Origin: a virus
Lineage: Duplodnaviria > Heunggongvirae > Uroviricota > Caudoviricetes
Direction: 5' to 3' (one strand)
Length of the DNA stretch: 39,488 bases
IMG/VR virus record: IMGVR_UViG_3300025644_000002
In this document: piece after piece, positions 23,481 to 33,822 of the stretch
Layout of the letters: every line of letters begins with the position of its first letter
Position numbering within the stretch: the stretch's first letter is position 1
Translations under genes and position numbers: made by a program
Notes under the pieces: generated by a model
The model's input: only the letters and a program-made list of their open reading frames with translations
Databases searched by the model: none
What the model was told of the DNA's origin: nothing

Positions 23481-23837
23481 TTATTTTATTGACGTGAAGA
23501 TATAGCGTTTGCCTCTTAAATTCTTTAAACTAAAAATATCGCCTAATTCTGTTTTAAATAACAAAAATCCCTTTTCAGCATCAAGCAAAAGGGCGGTTCC
23601 TTTAGAGACTATTTTAACTATGTTTTCTTCACTATCTTCCTCGTAATTTATACTTGAAAGAGCGTGATCTTTAGTGCGAATAATTGGTACTGGATATCGC
23701 TCTTTTCAAAAGTTATGTTTAGAACTTCACGAATACACTAGCTCGGCTCCGGAGGGACAAAACAATCTCATATCGAAATGAGTACCTTTTTTATTTTTAT
23801 GAACAGAATAGGAATAGTCCCAGTCTTTATAGTCCAT
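23481..23837 (-). CDS. LigD-type 3'-phosphoesterase (PE) domain protein, stand-alone (start uncertain, 2 TGA)
   Basis: VHKNKKGTHFDMRL..LVYS*..P..RTKDH matches the PE motifs H..HYDFRLE..L.SWA..TEDH, with TGA at the conserved SW Trp (23727-23729). Confidence 0.7.
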
Positions 23838-23903
23838 ACTCTTCAAAATATGAGAGTACCCTTTTTCATAGTACTTTATTTTCTGTTTAATGTCATCCTA
23901 TGG

Positions 23904-24197
23904 TTAAAACAATTTTGATAAAAGATGTCTATCTATAGCAAGCTTTGCTTCCCATCTTTCCAGGCGCGCATCTAATTTATTATCAAATACTTCTGCAACT
24001 TTTTCTTTAAATTCTGCAAATGTTTCTGGTTTCCATTCCTCTGCACACTTAATAAATATTTTTTCAAAATCGCTATCTGTGTCCATAGGTATATCTGCTT
24101 TCTTTTCAAAAAGGTCCATTTTTTCTATTTTATCAAAAAACTCTGCAGCTAATGCATCTTTTTCTGGGTTTCTATCATATAGAATTATTTGGGTCAT
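23904..24197 (-). CDS. Hypothetical protein
   Basis: Intact 97-aa ORF. Confidence 0.6.
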   Translation of the reverse strand: MTQIILYDRNPEKDALAAEFFDKIEKMDLFEKKADIPMDTDSDFEKIFIKCAEEWKPETFAEFKEKVAEVFDNKLDARLERWEAKLAIDRHLLSKLF

Positions 24198-24423
24198 TAT
24201 CTTTTTCCTCCATGGTGGATAAATAGTAATGTAACGTAAAACTATCTGGAATTGATTTTAGTTCCGCTATCTTAGTTAAATCTTCGTCGTATATAGTCAA
24301 AGGTTCATCCGCTAAAGTTGCAGCTTCTTCGTAGGTAAATCCTAAGTCTTCCGCAGCTTGTTTAATAAACTCTGCCATTTCAATATGTTTGTCACTTCCA
24401 GAGTGTTCTATTAATATGTACAT
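24172..24423 (-). CDS. Hypothetical protein
   Basis: Ends TGA-TAG; preceded by a near-consensus promoter. Confidence 0.6.
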
Positions 24424-24428
24424 ACTTT

Positions 24429-24457
24429 ATTATAAGTTATTTATTTAAATTAGTCAA
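24429..24457 (-). promoter_or_regulatory. Sigma70-type promoter TTGACT-N17-TATAAT, probably leaderless
   Basis: Read directly; ATG 24423 is 5 nt after the -10 box. Confidence 0.75.
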
Positions 24458-24464
24458 GTTTTTA

Positions 24465-25067
24465 CTACTTGTATCGTTTAGCTCAATTCTTCGCCATCTC
24501 TATGCGATTTGCTGCTGCACTATTTTTTTCTTTCTGTAGGAGTATAGTATTTTTCTTATCTGAAATTTTAGCTTTACTTATACTATTCTTCAGTTTATAA
24601 GCCTTAAGATTTTTTGGTATAAACTTTGCTGTTTTCTTAAGTAAAAAAGGTTGTGACGCTTTAACTGCTGCCTTATTCTGTAATTTAATAGTGGTAATAT
24701 CTGCCTTTTGTGCCTTTGTAGCTATATTTCCTGGAAGAAGTCTTTTATTTTGAGTAGCCGCAGTTACCCCTGAAAATTGTAATTGAGATTTAGTTAGGCC
24801 TTCAGCAGTTTTTATACTATTCATAAGTTCAAGATCTTGTGTTCGGTCAAATCTTCCAGCTTTTCTTTTTCGTAGATTAGTATTATTTTTGTGAATTAGA
24901 GAGTCAGCCTTTAATTCTAGTCGTGTTGGGTTTCTGTATTTCTGCCTTTTAGGATCAAGTACGTTTCACAAATTTTTAGTATTTTGTAATTTGGACTTTG
25001 TTAGAGCCTTGTTTATATGTCTTGTAGAGATTGCTAGTTTCTCAAATACTATTGTTGCTTTATCCAT
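24465..25067 (-). CDS. Basic DKA-leader protein (200 aa, 2 TGA)
   Basis: Starts MDKATIVFEKLA; TAATG-coupled to the upstream gene. Confidence 0.7.
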
Positions 25068-25675
25068 TAGGCTAATCCCACTTCATCACCATTCTTAATA
25101 GTTTTCATCATGCCTTTTACATGTCTAAGTTTCCCTTCTTGTTTTTTTCTATATAATTTATTTCCTGCAAGCTCTGTCTTCTTATCAAGTATGTTTGTTT
25201 TTGTAGCAGAACGGTCTCATACTCTACCAAGTCTTAGAATTTTTTCAGTATTCTTAGTAGTATGGTTATCGTAGTTTCTTCAATTTTTTTCTGATTGTCT
25301 AAATGCTAAGCTACGAGAATTGTCAACACTCTTATATACTCTATTAAGGCGTTTTAACCCTCTTGATCCTGCATACTTACGAAGTATTGCTGCGCCTGTA
25401 AGAGCCCCCGCCACCACCACTCCAACAGCGTTTAATACTGCTCTTCGCCTATTCTTTTTGAACTGCTGCTTACTAACTTTAGGATATGTATGGGTCGATC
25501 TATATTGCTTATCATATGCGTGTAGCTTTTTACCATGAATTTTTTTGTATTTTTCATAGCCAGCATTATAGTCGTCGTTCCATTGTTTAACAGTCATACC
25601 TTCAGGAATCAGTCCTAAACTTTCTACGGATCTACCCGCTAATTTTTCAAATACTATTGTTGCTTTATCTTTCAT
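25067..25675 (-). CDS. Basic DKA-leader protein with a hydrophobic Gly/Ala helix (202 aa, 2 TGA)
   Basis: Starts MKDKATIVFEKLA; read-through ends exactly at a TAATG junction. Confidence 0.7.
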
Positions 25676-25679
25676 ATTT

Positions 25680-26408
25680 TTATCCATATACCTTTTTAAG
25701 TAAGTTACTATCTGTTATTTTATTTTTTTTGTACTTAGACATGCGAACTGTTCATTTATCATATGTAGACTTTTCTGAAGAGGGTCTATTAAAAAAATCA
25801 TGTTTAGCCTGTCCTGATAAGGTTTTCATATGCTTTCTAGCTCTATACTTTTTTTTACTTCCCTTACTAAATATCTTGCCAAGTTCAGTGGATCTGTTTT
25901 TTGCTATATCTGGAGATAAAAAATCAATTACTTTATTTCCAGCAACATTTGAAGAGTGAAGATCTTGCACGGTTTTACCAATTATTTTTCTAGAATCTTT
26001 ACGTGCACTTCTTATAAGTTTTACGTGCTCGTCAAATGTTTTTTCACTCGGAACACTATATTGTTGGTATGTTATTTTCTTTTTTTTATCGGCTCTGTGA
26101 AACTTAGCAAAATGTGGTGATTTATTCAGTTTTTTTGAAACTTGTATTTTAGTATTAAAGGCTTTACGGCTAAACATTGGACTAGTCGTGTCATGAATTT
26201 TGGCCACTTCTACTCCATGTTTCGGAGAGGTTCTTAGTTGTACGAGCGCCTCATTGCCTCGACCAGCCTTTCTTAAAGTTCTTGGTTTCAACTGTAAGCT
26301 CTGTGAAATACGTTTTACGTTGTTAAGCGACAATGTTCCACGATTAAAGGCCCTTACTAACGCTGTTTTAGCTATTTTTTCAAATATGTAAGTTGCTTTA
26401 TCTTTCAT
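25680..26408 (-). CDS. DKA-leader protein with protein-kinase-like fold (242 aa, 1 TGA)
   Basis: AGRGNEALV (Gly loop), VAK, DLHSSN and VIDF motifs. Confidence 0.65.
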
Positions 26409-27142
26409 TAATTTGTCTCCAAAATTTTAGATTTTTTTGTAGTCCCTGGAACAAGCATCTTGCGCGCTCTTAATCCAGAATTATATTGAGCTCCTGCTGC
26501 TACCCCTCCTATAGCTCCTGCCGCTAATATTCCAGAAGATATTAAAGTTATACCTCGGTTTAACCCGTGTCTTACTGATTTCAGTATCTTTGGATTAGCT
26601 CTTGCGCTAGTAAATGTTTCCTTAATTACATCCTTAAAGTTAGTTTTTGATTTTATAGTATCCCCTCGTTTATTTTTTCATAATACCTTGCCTTTTTCTG
26701 AAGGACCTTTTGTTTTCTCTAAATCCTTTATAGACAGGTTTTTTAATGTATCCAGAATAACAGAAAAATCTTTTTTAGATACTTTAGATTTAGTTTTTAA
26801 TGCTTTATTAATTTTACTACGCGCATGAAGAGACTGCCCTAATACTTTATATGGTTTAAAAGCTTCAGAAGCTACTGCATGGGCTTTAGCCTTTATGCCG
26901 GGTCCGGCCTGTCTAGAGGCGCTTGGCCCTTTTACCATAGTAGACAACACTGCTGGAGTAATTACAGAGCTCCCTATAAAACCTCCTGCAACCGCTGTAC
27001 CCATATGCCTTTTATGATTTTCTTTATTATTAATAGCGCTTTCAAATGTCCAACGTCCGGTAGGCTCTACTCCTGCGAAAAAATCTCTGGTAGCTGAAGA
27101 GTCTTTTCCTAATTTTTCAAATATATACTGTGCTTTATCCAT
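26408..27142 (-). CDS. DKA-leader protein with Gly/Ala-rich hydrophobic segments (244 aa, 1 TGA)
   Basis: Starts MDKAQYIFEKLG; read-through at 26678 ends at a TAATG junction. Confidence 0.7.
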
Positions 27143-28425
27143 TATATTATCTTATTCTTTTTTGCAGTGGTGAACGCTTTAAAAGCAGTTGTAGCTAAAT
27201 TAGCTATCCCAGATCTAGTTCCCCCTACTGCTTGTTGCCTATAAGTTTTTAACGCCTTAACTCTAAGAGCGTCGTCTGCAGGTACTCCAGCGTTATCCCA
27301 AGCATCGATTTCCATTTTAAATCTATTTGTTTTTTCAGGCTTGCCCACAAGATTATGAAAAACATCTGTTGCTTTTCCTCTTGAATGTTTTCCTAATTTT
27401 TTTGGAGAAGTAAGACCCTTATTCTTAAAATCCGCGATATGTCCTAGTTCGTGATCTATAATTTTTTGAGAAGACCCTTTTGATCCAATTATAACTGCGG
27501 GGCCGTGTTTACCCATAGTAGCTGCCGCGTTAGGTTGCTTTAATATAATTTTATTCATTTGATGAGATATAAAACCTCCTGGTCCTCTACCTACATTTTT
27601 CTTAACTCATTTTTTAGAACTGGCTTTATCGTGAATAACGCTTACACTGTCTCCCATTTTAGAGTTTACATACCCGGGAACGTCCTTCATAAATGGTTGT
27701 TTTGCCATTTCCTTTTGAGCGGCCTTACCCGCCTTCACCTGTGAATGTACGGTTTTAAGATGGTAACCTTTCGCTCCTACGGCTAACCCTGTAGCCACGT
27801 TATCTACTTTACTTCAATTAATTTTCTTATCTATAGCTTTTACGGTAGCGGTAGCTTTTGCCACTCCTTCATTATTTTTTATATTTGTTACTCCGCTCCT
27901 GATTTTAGCTTTTAAATCCTGAACTTCTGCATATTTCTTAAATATTAATGTTACTTTATCTTGCATTGCTAATTTCTCCGTGTTTATTCCTAAATCTATT
28001 AAGTTCTTTCTAGCTGCTGGGCTTTGAGTTCTCACCCAGGTGCCGAAACTAGGAAAATCCTTTGTATTAGCTTGGTTAGCTTTTGAGGTCGCATACCAAT
28101 CAGTTACTGCTTCTAATTTATTTTTTCTTTCAGAGACCAAACCAAGTTTGTGGGCATGATGTGGGTTTCGTTTGTAGTGAAGCGCTGCTGCTTCTCTAAA
28201 TTTTCTAGTTACTTCTGGATCCTTCGTACCAGTAATACCTTTAGGGCCCTGCCAATAGGCTACATAAGGCTTCCACTCGCTTGGGCGGAACTTAGAGAGG
28301 TCATGAGCTAAAAGCGTCCCGTATGGGGCTCCTATAGTCCTGCCGGGCCTAATCATAAAGGCCTTATGCCTAAGAAGACGTTTACCATATTGATAGTGGT
28401 CTGATATAGAGGGTTTATTTTGCAC
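27142..28425 (-). CDS. Fusion of a DUF5662/HD-like domain and a HExxH metallopeptidase-like domain (427 aa, 2 TGA)
   Basis: AHDLSKF..E..HYKRNPHH..EAVTDW, then internal MQDKVTLIFKKYA, then DHELGH..EIDAW. Three track ORFs join in frame via TGA at 27814 and 27607. Confidence 0.6.
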
Positions 28426-28429
28426 TAGT

Positions 28430-28882
28430 TTACCAATTCATCTCTAATTCTGGATATTTGTCTTTTATTTTCTTTTTTAAACTAGCATCAGTAAAATTAA
28501 TTAGTTTTTCACCAAACCTTTTTTGAATGGGCATGTCTTTTGTATAATATGTTGACATATGCATATCACCGCTTTCTCCCCAATCCGGATTAGCTCTGTG
28601 AAATATAAGTTGATGGTTTTTAGTTTGTACCACCCCTTTATCTCCAATATTCATTTTAGTTTTGACTATATCTATTTCTGGTAATACTTTCTCTATTATA
28701 TCTTTTCCTTCATTCCTATTAGACGTAACTGACTTCATTCGTGTTACGCGGTCCAATTTTGGTTTAAGGCGGGTATGGCTCTTTACCTGGCTAATAACGT
28801 CATCCCAACTTTGTAACGAGGGTACTCTCGCCATTCCAAACTTATAAAAATATTTATTATATACTTGCGCAGCTTTATCCAT
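28430..28882 (-). CDS. DKA-leader hypothetical protein
   Basis: Starts MDKAAQVYNKY. Confidence 0.65.
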   Translation of the reverse strand: MDKAAQVYNKYFYKFGMARVPSLQSWDDVISQVKSHTRLKPKLDRVTRMKSVTSNRNEGKDIIEKVLPEIDIVKTKMNIGDKGVVQTKNHQLIFHRANPDWGESGDMHMSTYYTKDMPIQKRFGEKLINFTDASLKKKIKDKYPELEMNW

Positions 28883-30275
28883 CACTTCCTACTTCCTTTA
28901 ATACTTTAGTAAAATCATTTACAAGATTTTGTTTATTTTTTGATAGCAATTCTAGATACTCATCAGTTCCCGCATGTTGTCTACGTAAGAATCTAGTTTT
29001 ACGTGGCTTATTAATATATGTTTGAATCGTTATATTTCGATTTTGTTTTTTTAAATGTTCATGAGACTTGAATCTATTTACTCTACCTTTTACTTGTTTT
29101 AGAGTAGGTTCATTCCAATGAGGCTCTAATATTTGAAGAAGCCTTGTTCCTTTTAAATCAAGCCCTTCTGCTCCCGCTCCAGATATAAGTAAGTGTTTAA
29201 TCTTGCCAGAATTATATTTCTTTACTACATCAGCTTTTTCTAGGTCAGTCTGTCTTCCTGTAAAGGTGCCAAAAGGTATCTTAGTTCTCTTAAGTCTTTT
29301 GGCCATTGGGTCCACTCCGTGACCTAAGTATGTAGAGTAAGTTACTCCACGATATTTTTTATTAGCTTTATGCCTCTTAGAAATTTCTGACATCGCTCTA
29401 TTTAGTTTAGGAGCATCGGCCTCTGTAGCGCTTAAATTGTATTTGCCCGGACGATTAGATACTTGGCGTGCCGCTCCTAAGAATGCATTCATTCGAGATG
29501 ATTCTGTTTTAGAAGGAGCTATTCCATGCCTAATTTTATACTTTAAATCAGGATCTTCTTTCATAACCATTTTATAAGCTGCTTGTTGTTTTTTAGACAT
29601 TGTAGTTTCTATACGCTCATTTATAACTGAAGGATAATTTTTATCTTTAGTTGGGGCATGATAATCTACTTTGCCTCGTAGAGCTTTTCTAAGAACTCCT
29701 AAATTTTTCCCACGTTTTACCGTTCCAGGCTTAATACCCTTAAATACTCGTGCAAAAAATCCAGGTTTTTGTTTAGTCTCTTGAATAAACGCCTGGTTAA
29801 ATCTTTTTTTATCTCTACCTATATTAATATTTAAACCCCGTAAAAGCGGTATTAATTCTGCAGGTTCATTTCTAATAGGAGTTCCTGATAGAAGCAGGGT
29901 TTTCTTACCCTTTATTTTATCTGGATAGTGTGAACGTTGGGACTCTGTTCTACCCATTCTGTGGGCTTCATCGAATACAACTACGTCTTTTGAAACATTT
30001 TTTGTTGGAGGTTTATTATAAGAATAATAAGAACCTTCCCCTTTTATTTTATGCTTAAGCCTCTCTTTAGGAAAATTATGTTTTAAAGCTGCAGGGCCTA
30101 TAACTGTTACAGGTTTCTTAAACTTTTCACCTGCACGTAATGCCGTATAGGTTTTACCAGAACCTAAGCCGTGATATAACAACATTTGATCAGTCTTCTC
30201 AAGCTTCTTTAATACTCTAGCTTGGTGGGGCTGATCGGCAGCATACTTATTAAATACGTGTAGGGCTTTATCCAT
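28875..30275 (-). CDS. SF2 (SNF2/DEAH-like) helicase/ATPase with DKA leader
   Basis: GLGSGKT, DEAH, SGTP, GAEGLDL, EPHWN and QVKGRVNR motifs; starts MDKALHVFNKYA. Confidence 0.85.
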   Translation of the reverse strand: MDKALHVFNKYAADQPHQARVLKKLEKTDQMLLYHGLGSGKTYTALRAGEKFKKPVTVIGPAALKHNFPKERLKHKIKGEGSYYSYNKPPTKNVSKDVVVFDEAHRMGRTESQRSHYPDKIKGKKTLLLSGTPIRNEPAELIPLLRGLNINIGRDKKRFNQAFIQETKQKPGFFARVFKGIKPGTVKRGKNLGVLRKALRGKVDYHAPTKDKNYPSVINERIETTMSKKQQAAYKMVMKEDPDLKYKIRHGIAPSKTESSRMNAFLGAARQVSNRPGKYNLSATEADAPKLNRAMSEISKRHKANKKYRGVTYSTYLGHGVDPMAKRLKRTKIPFGTFTGRQTDLEKADVVKKYNSGKIKHLLISGAGAEGLDLKGTRLLQILEPHWNEPTLKQVKGRVNRFKSHEHLKKQNRNITIQTYINKPRKTRFLRRQHAGTDEYLELLSKNKQNLVNDFTKVLKEVGSDG

Positions 30276-30276
30276 T

Positions 30277-30999
30277 TTATTTCTTACCGTATATTGCTTT
30301 AGGTATATTAGAATTTCGGGTCATACCGCTCTCTAATAACTTACTTCCAAAATCTATAGCTTGGTACTTAATACCTTCTATAGCTGCAGCTGGTTTTTTC
30401 TTTAAAGACAGAGCCTTCCACACTTCACTCTTAACCGCTTTTTTAAATCCCTCAGTCTGTTTCCCGACAGTGGTTGTTTGTAGAGCTTTGCGCCCCCTTC
30501 TACCTGCGGGAAGGAAGTCAATTATTTTTCCACCCTGAATGTTTCCTGGGTTTCTAACTACGTCGGCCATAGGTACACCTCTCAGTGTAGCTTGTGCCTT
30601 TGTTAGAAGAGTTTGTTTTATAGAGCTCCCAATTCCGGCAGTTCCTGGACTATACTCGTGGAAAGTGATGGGTCGTTTAGGATCTTTTCCATAATACTTG
30701 GCAAAATTGCCTTTGCCTGACATTGTTTTAAAAGTACGAACTTTTTCTTTTAATACCTCTTTACTCGAAAGCCCTCCCTTAGGGTCATAGAGTTTAGCAA
30801 CTTGAAGTTGGTGTTTTGCGGAAGTCCTTAACTGTGCCAACCCTTCAACTCCCTGGCCCAAATCTTTTAAATATCTAGACTTAAGTCCTAAAGTTTGAGT
30901 AGCTTTTCCCGCTGCTTCTGCAGAGATCTTTCTAGCCTTAACCGCTCTTATCATCGCAGTTGAAGCTCATTTTTCAAATATGTATTGTGCTTTATTCAT
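30277..30999 (-). CDS. DKA-leader kinase-like protein, paralog of 25680-26408 (240 aa, 1 TGA)
   Basis: MNKAQYIFEK*AS; LGQGVEG, VAK, DVVRNPGN and KIIDF motifs. Confidence 0.65.
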
Positions 31000-31541
31000 T
31001 ATGCTGTTCCTTTTATAAATGTGTGATATCTGTTAATTGCGCCTTTTACTGTAGGAGCTGTATTAAAGGCTCGATGAGTATTAGTTACATATATAGTTCT
31101 ACCATCAGGTTGTACCGATTTCCATACAGCCGGAGTTGCTTGGCGTTTGCCATCTCTACCAAAATGAAAATTCCAAACTGCTTTGCTTTTCATCACTAAC
31201 GCGCGCTCTTCTGGAGTTAGAGGTTTTTTATGTTTTTGAAGTTTCTTAAACTTGATTTTACAAGAGGTATATTTAGCATACTTCTCAAATACCTGAGCTA
31301 CCTTCTTAAAAGAGGTTAAGATCCCATTATAACCTTCCCTAGTAACGTTAGGGAGGGGTTTCCTAGTAAACACTTCTCTACTCATAAATGGTATAGATTT
31401 ATTAGCTATTAAGGCTCTATATTTAGCTTTGTTCTTTCGTCCCTGCAAAAAGATATTGTCTCATCCAGCTTTTTGTTGAATGAGGGTTGGATCGAATCCT
31501 CGATCTATCTTAAATTTTGGTACTGGAAAGAATTTAGGCAT
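30999..31541 (-). CDS. Basic hypothetical protein with internal KVAQVFEKYA motif (180 aa, 1 TGA)
   Basis: Track ORF extends to ATG 31541 through one TGA. Confidence 0.6.
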
Positions 31542-31756
31542 TGACTATTTTTGAGAAAATGTATTCTGCTTTTTTGTATAACTGAGCATAATCTTTATAT
31601 TTCTTTCCAGGATTTGCTTTTTTTTCATTTAGCAAAATTTGCAATTGCGTTGGGTCCGTAGAGACCTCTCATTACATTAAAACCCTTTTTACCCTCAATC
31701 ATGTGAGTCAGATGTTTTACTTCGGTAACTAAGTCTTTTACTGCTTGTTTTTTCAT
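31534..31756 (-). CDS. Small protein with an apparent frameshift at an A8 run
   Basis: Frame 1 stops at 31595. The shifted frame continues KKANPGKKYKDYAQLYKKAEYIFSKIVNA, which contains the family motif. Confidence 0.45.
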
Positions 31757-31774
31757 TTAATTATTTCCCACTCT

Positions 31775-33814
31775 TTAAGATGCGTAGTCTATATCATTAA
31801 TTAATCTAGACGTTGTTAAAGCCTCTGGTACATATTTTTTTAGCTGTTTACTGGTAAGATCTTGACCGCCTCTTAATCCTTTAACTTTCAAATATTTTCG
31901 CTGAGCTTTATCGCTCCCTACGGCAGCTGCTATCATTGTTCCAAACGCTGCACCCGCTACAGCTCCTACTGCAACATTTTTTCCTAAACCTTTCATTTTT
32001 CTTAATACTGAAAGCGGTTCTGGGTTTACAGCTCAATAATTACTAGGAGGATTTTTACCTAACCATTTTGTACCTGATCAAGCTCCTAATGCTGCTCCGA
32101 CCCCCGTTGTTTTAGGTATTGTGGCAGTCCTATATTGTTTACTTCTTTCCTTTTTTGAGCTCGCCGAATACTCTGGAGCGTTTTCTTTATTCCATTTGCC
32201 AGAAGGACTTTCCTGTAAGGCTCTAGCATGCGCTCGCGCTTGTAGCTCTTCTCTTATTCTAGACAACTCTAGATCATGTGCTAAATCTATATAAGGATAC
32301 TTTTTACCTAATTTACTCATTACAGCTTCTGCTTTTTTATTTAAAGACATAGCTCCGCCTACTAAGGTAGCTGCTGCTGTAGGAGTTCCTACTACTGTTC
32401 CTACTACTTTAGCTGTTTCGATTTTAATCTCTTTTTCTACATTTTTTAATAGTTCCGTATACTTAGGATGATCCTTATGAAGTTTAGAGGTCACAGTTTT
32501 TAATTTATTTATATAATCTGCTTTACTTTGTTTAAGGCCCTTTAGACGGCTACCTTTTACTAGTTCCAAATATCTAGCAGATACCGATCCAGTTTTACTA
32601 GCGCGCCCTATCCCTATTCCTGCGAGAGTTGTTCCTGCGCCAAACCCTAGAAGTTTAGCATTTAAACTTATTCCTTTCTTTGCCGCAGGTTGCTCAGTTT
32701 TTGCCGGAGCAGTTGAAGTTGTAGCCTTTGTAGATTTTGTAGATTTCGAAGTAGTTGAAGCTGCTGACGCTTTCGAAGATTTCGAAGTATTCGCAGCGGT
32801 TCCTTTACCTCCAGAAGAGGTCCATCGGGCATCTACGGGTGCCAGACTTTTATTTTTCACTACTCTTTTTGAAGTTCCTTTAACAACCGCATCTGAGGTT
32901 GCTTTCGCTTCCTGGGCAATTGTTATGGCCTTTAATTTTAATGCCTTCGCATTAATTGCAACTTTTAAAAATACATATTCCGCTTTTTTATCTATAACTG
33001 CGTCTGCTAATACAGCTGCTGCGCCTGTACCCGCCGCACCTCGTGTAGCGTATACTTTTACAATTTCTTTACCAGCCTCGTTAGCGTCAAGCTCTTTCCC
33101 GCTCTTTTTAGCTGCATCTATCTTAGACTTCATCTTATTGCCAGAAAATAACTCTTTAGTTCTTTTTAATACCTTCTGCCCTGTCTCAGCCACGCTTGCA
33201 GCAGTCGGTCCTGCAGTTTTATTAAATAATAGTTCTGCTTTAGAAAACTCTCCTTGTTTCTTCATATTTGTACTCCTATGGTATCCTATGCCAGAACCTA
33301 TAGCACTTCCTGCTAATAACGCGGCTGCTGGTACTTTGAATGTTTTAAATTTTGTTAAGGTGCCTTTTATTTTATTAGTAAATAATTGAAAAGCTTTTGA
33401 TGGTAAATCTGGTTGTTTTATAAAATTTTTAGCTAACTGCTTTTGATTTTTTAAATAGGCCTTTGTAACATCGCTTATGTCGTTGAATGTTTTTCCTTTT
33501 AAATCTTCTATGTTTTTTTTATTACTTGCAAAAAATTGTCTAGTAAACAGTGCCGCCCCAGGTAAAGACCCTAACATAGACCCAGTAAGGGCTGCTTGAG
33601 CTGCTTGCACCTTTCTCCCTTCCGGAGCTAATGACGCCGCTGCTGCACTTTGTAAGGGCGCGCCAGGCACCAACGTAGAAATAGCACTTGATGCTCCTAC
33701 TAAAGAGGCGTTCATAAGTTTTCTAAATTTAGTACGCCTTTTTGGTTGTGGAATCGACGGGACTGCTGAGGCTCCTAACCCTACTACAGTTCCTAATGGT
33801 GATTGAATATCCAT
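31775..33814 (-). CDS. Large basic Gly/Ala-rich protein with three internal KAE..F.K motifs, polyprotein/ejection-protein-like (679 aa, 2 TGA)
   Basis: SKAELLFNKTA, KKAEYVFLKVA and KKAEAVMSKLG. Joins ORF 31775-31996 in frame via TGA. Confidence 0.65.
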
Positions 33815-33822
33815 TTTAACTC

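Noticed and set aside
5240-23729. TGA as Gly (code 25) or selenocysteine
   Set aside because: TGA aligns with conserved Trp motifs (VWEST, FSW, SW, W.D..W.G..W), not with Gly or Cys positions.
13481-33389. Short plus-strand ORFs antisense to late genes (e.g. 14916, 16810, 18815, 19819, 32925)
   Set aside because: Fully overlap longer minus-strand genes and lack start signals or motifs.
5795-33814. Fragmented ORFs as pseudogenes, introns or inteins
   Set aside because: Fragments stay in frame and are separated only by TGA at Trp-type positions; essential genes such as terL are affected; no splicing elements were seen.
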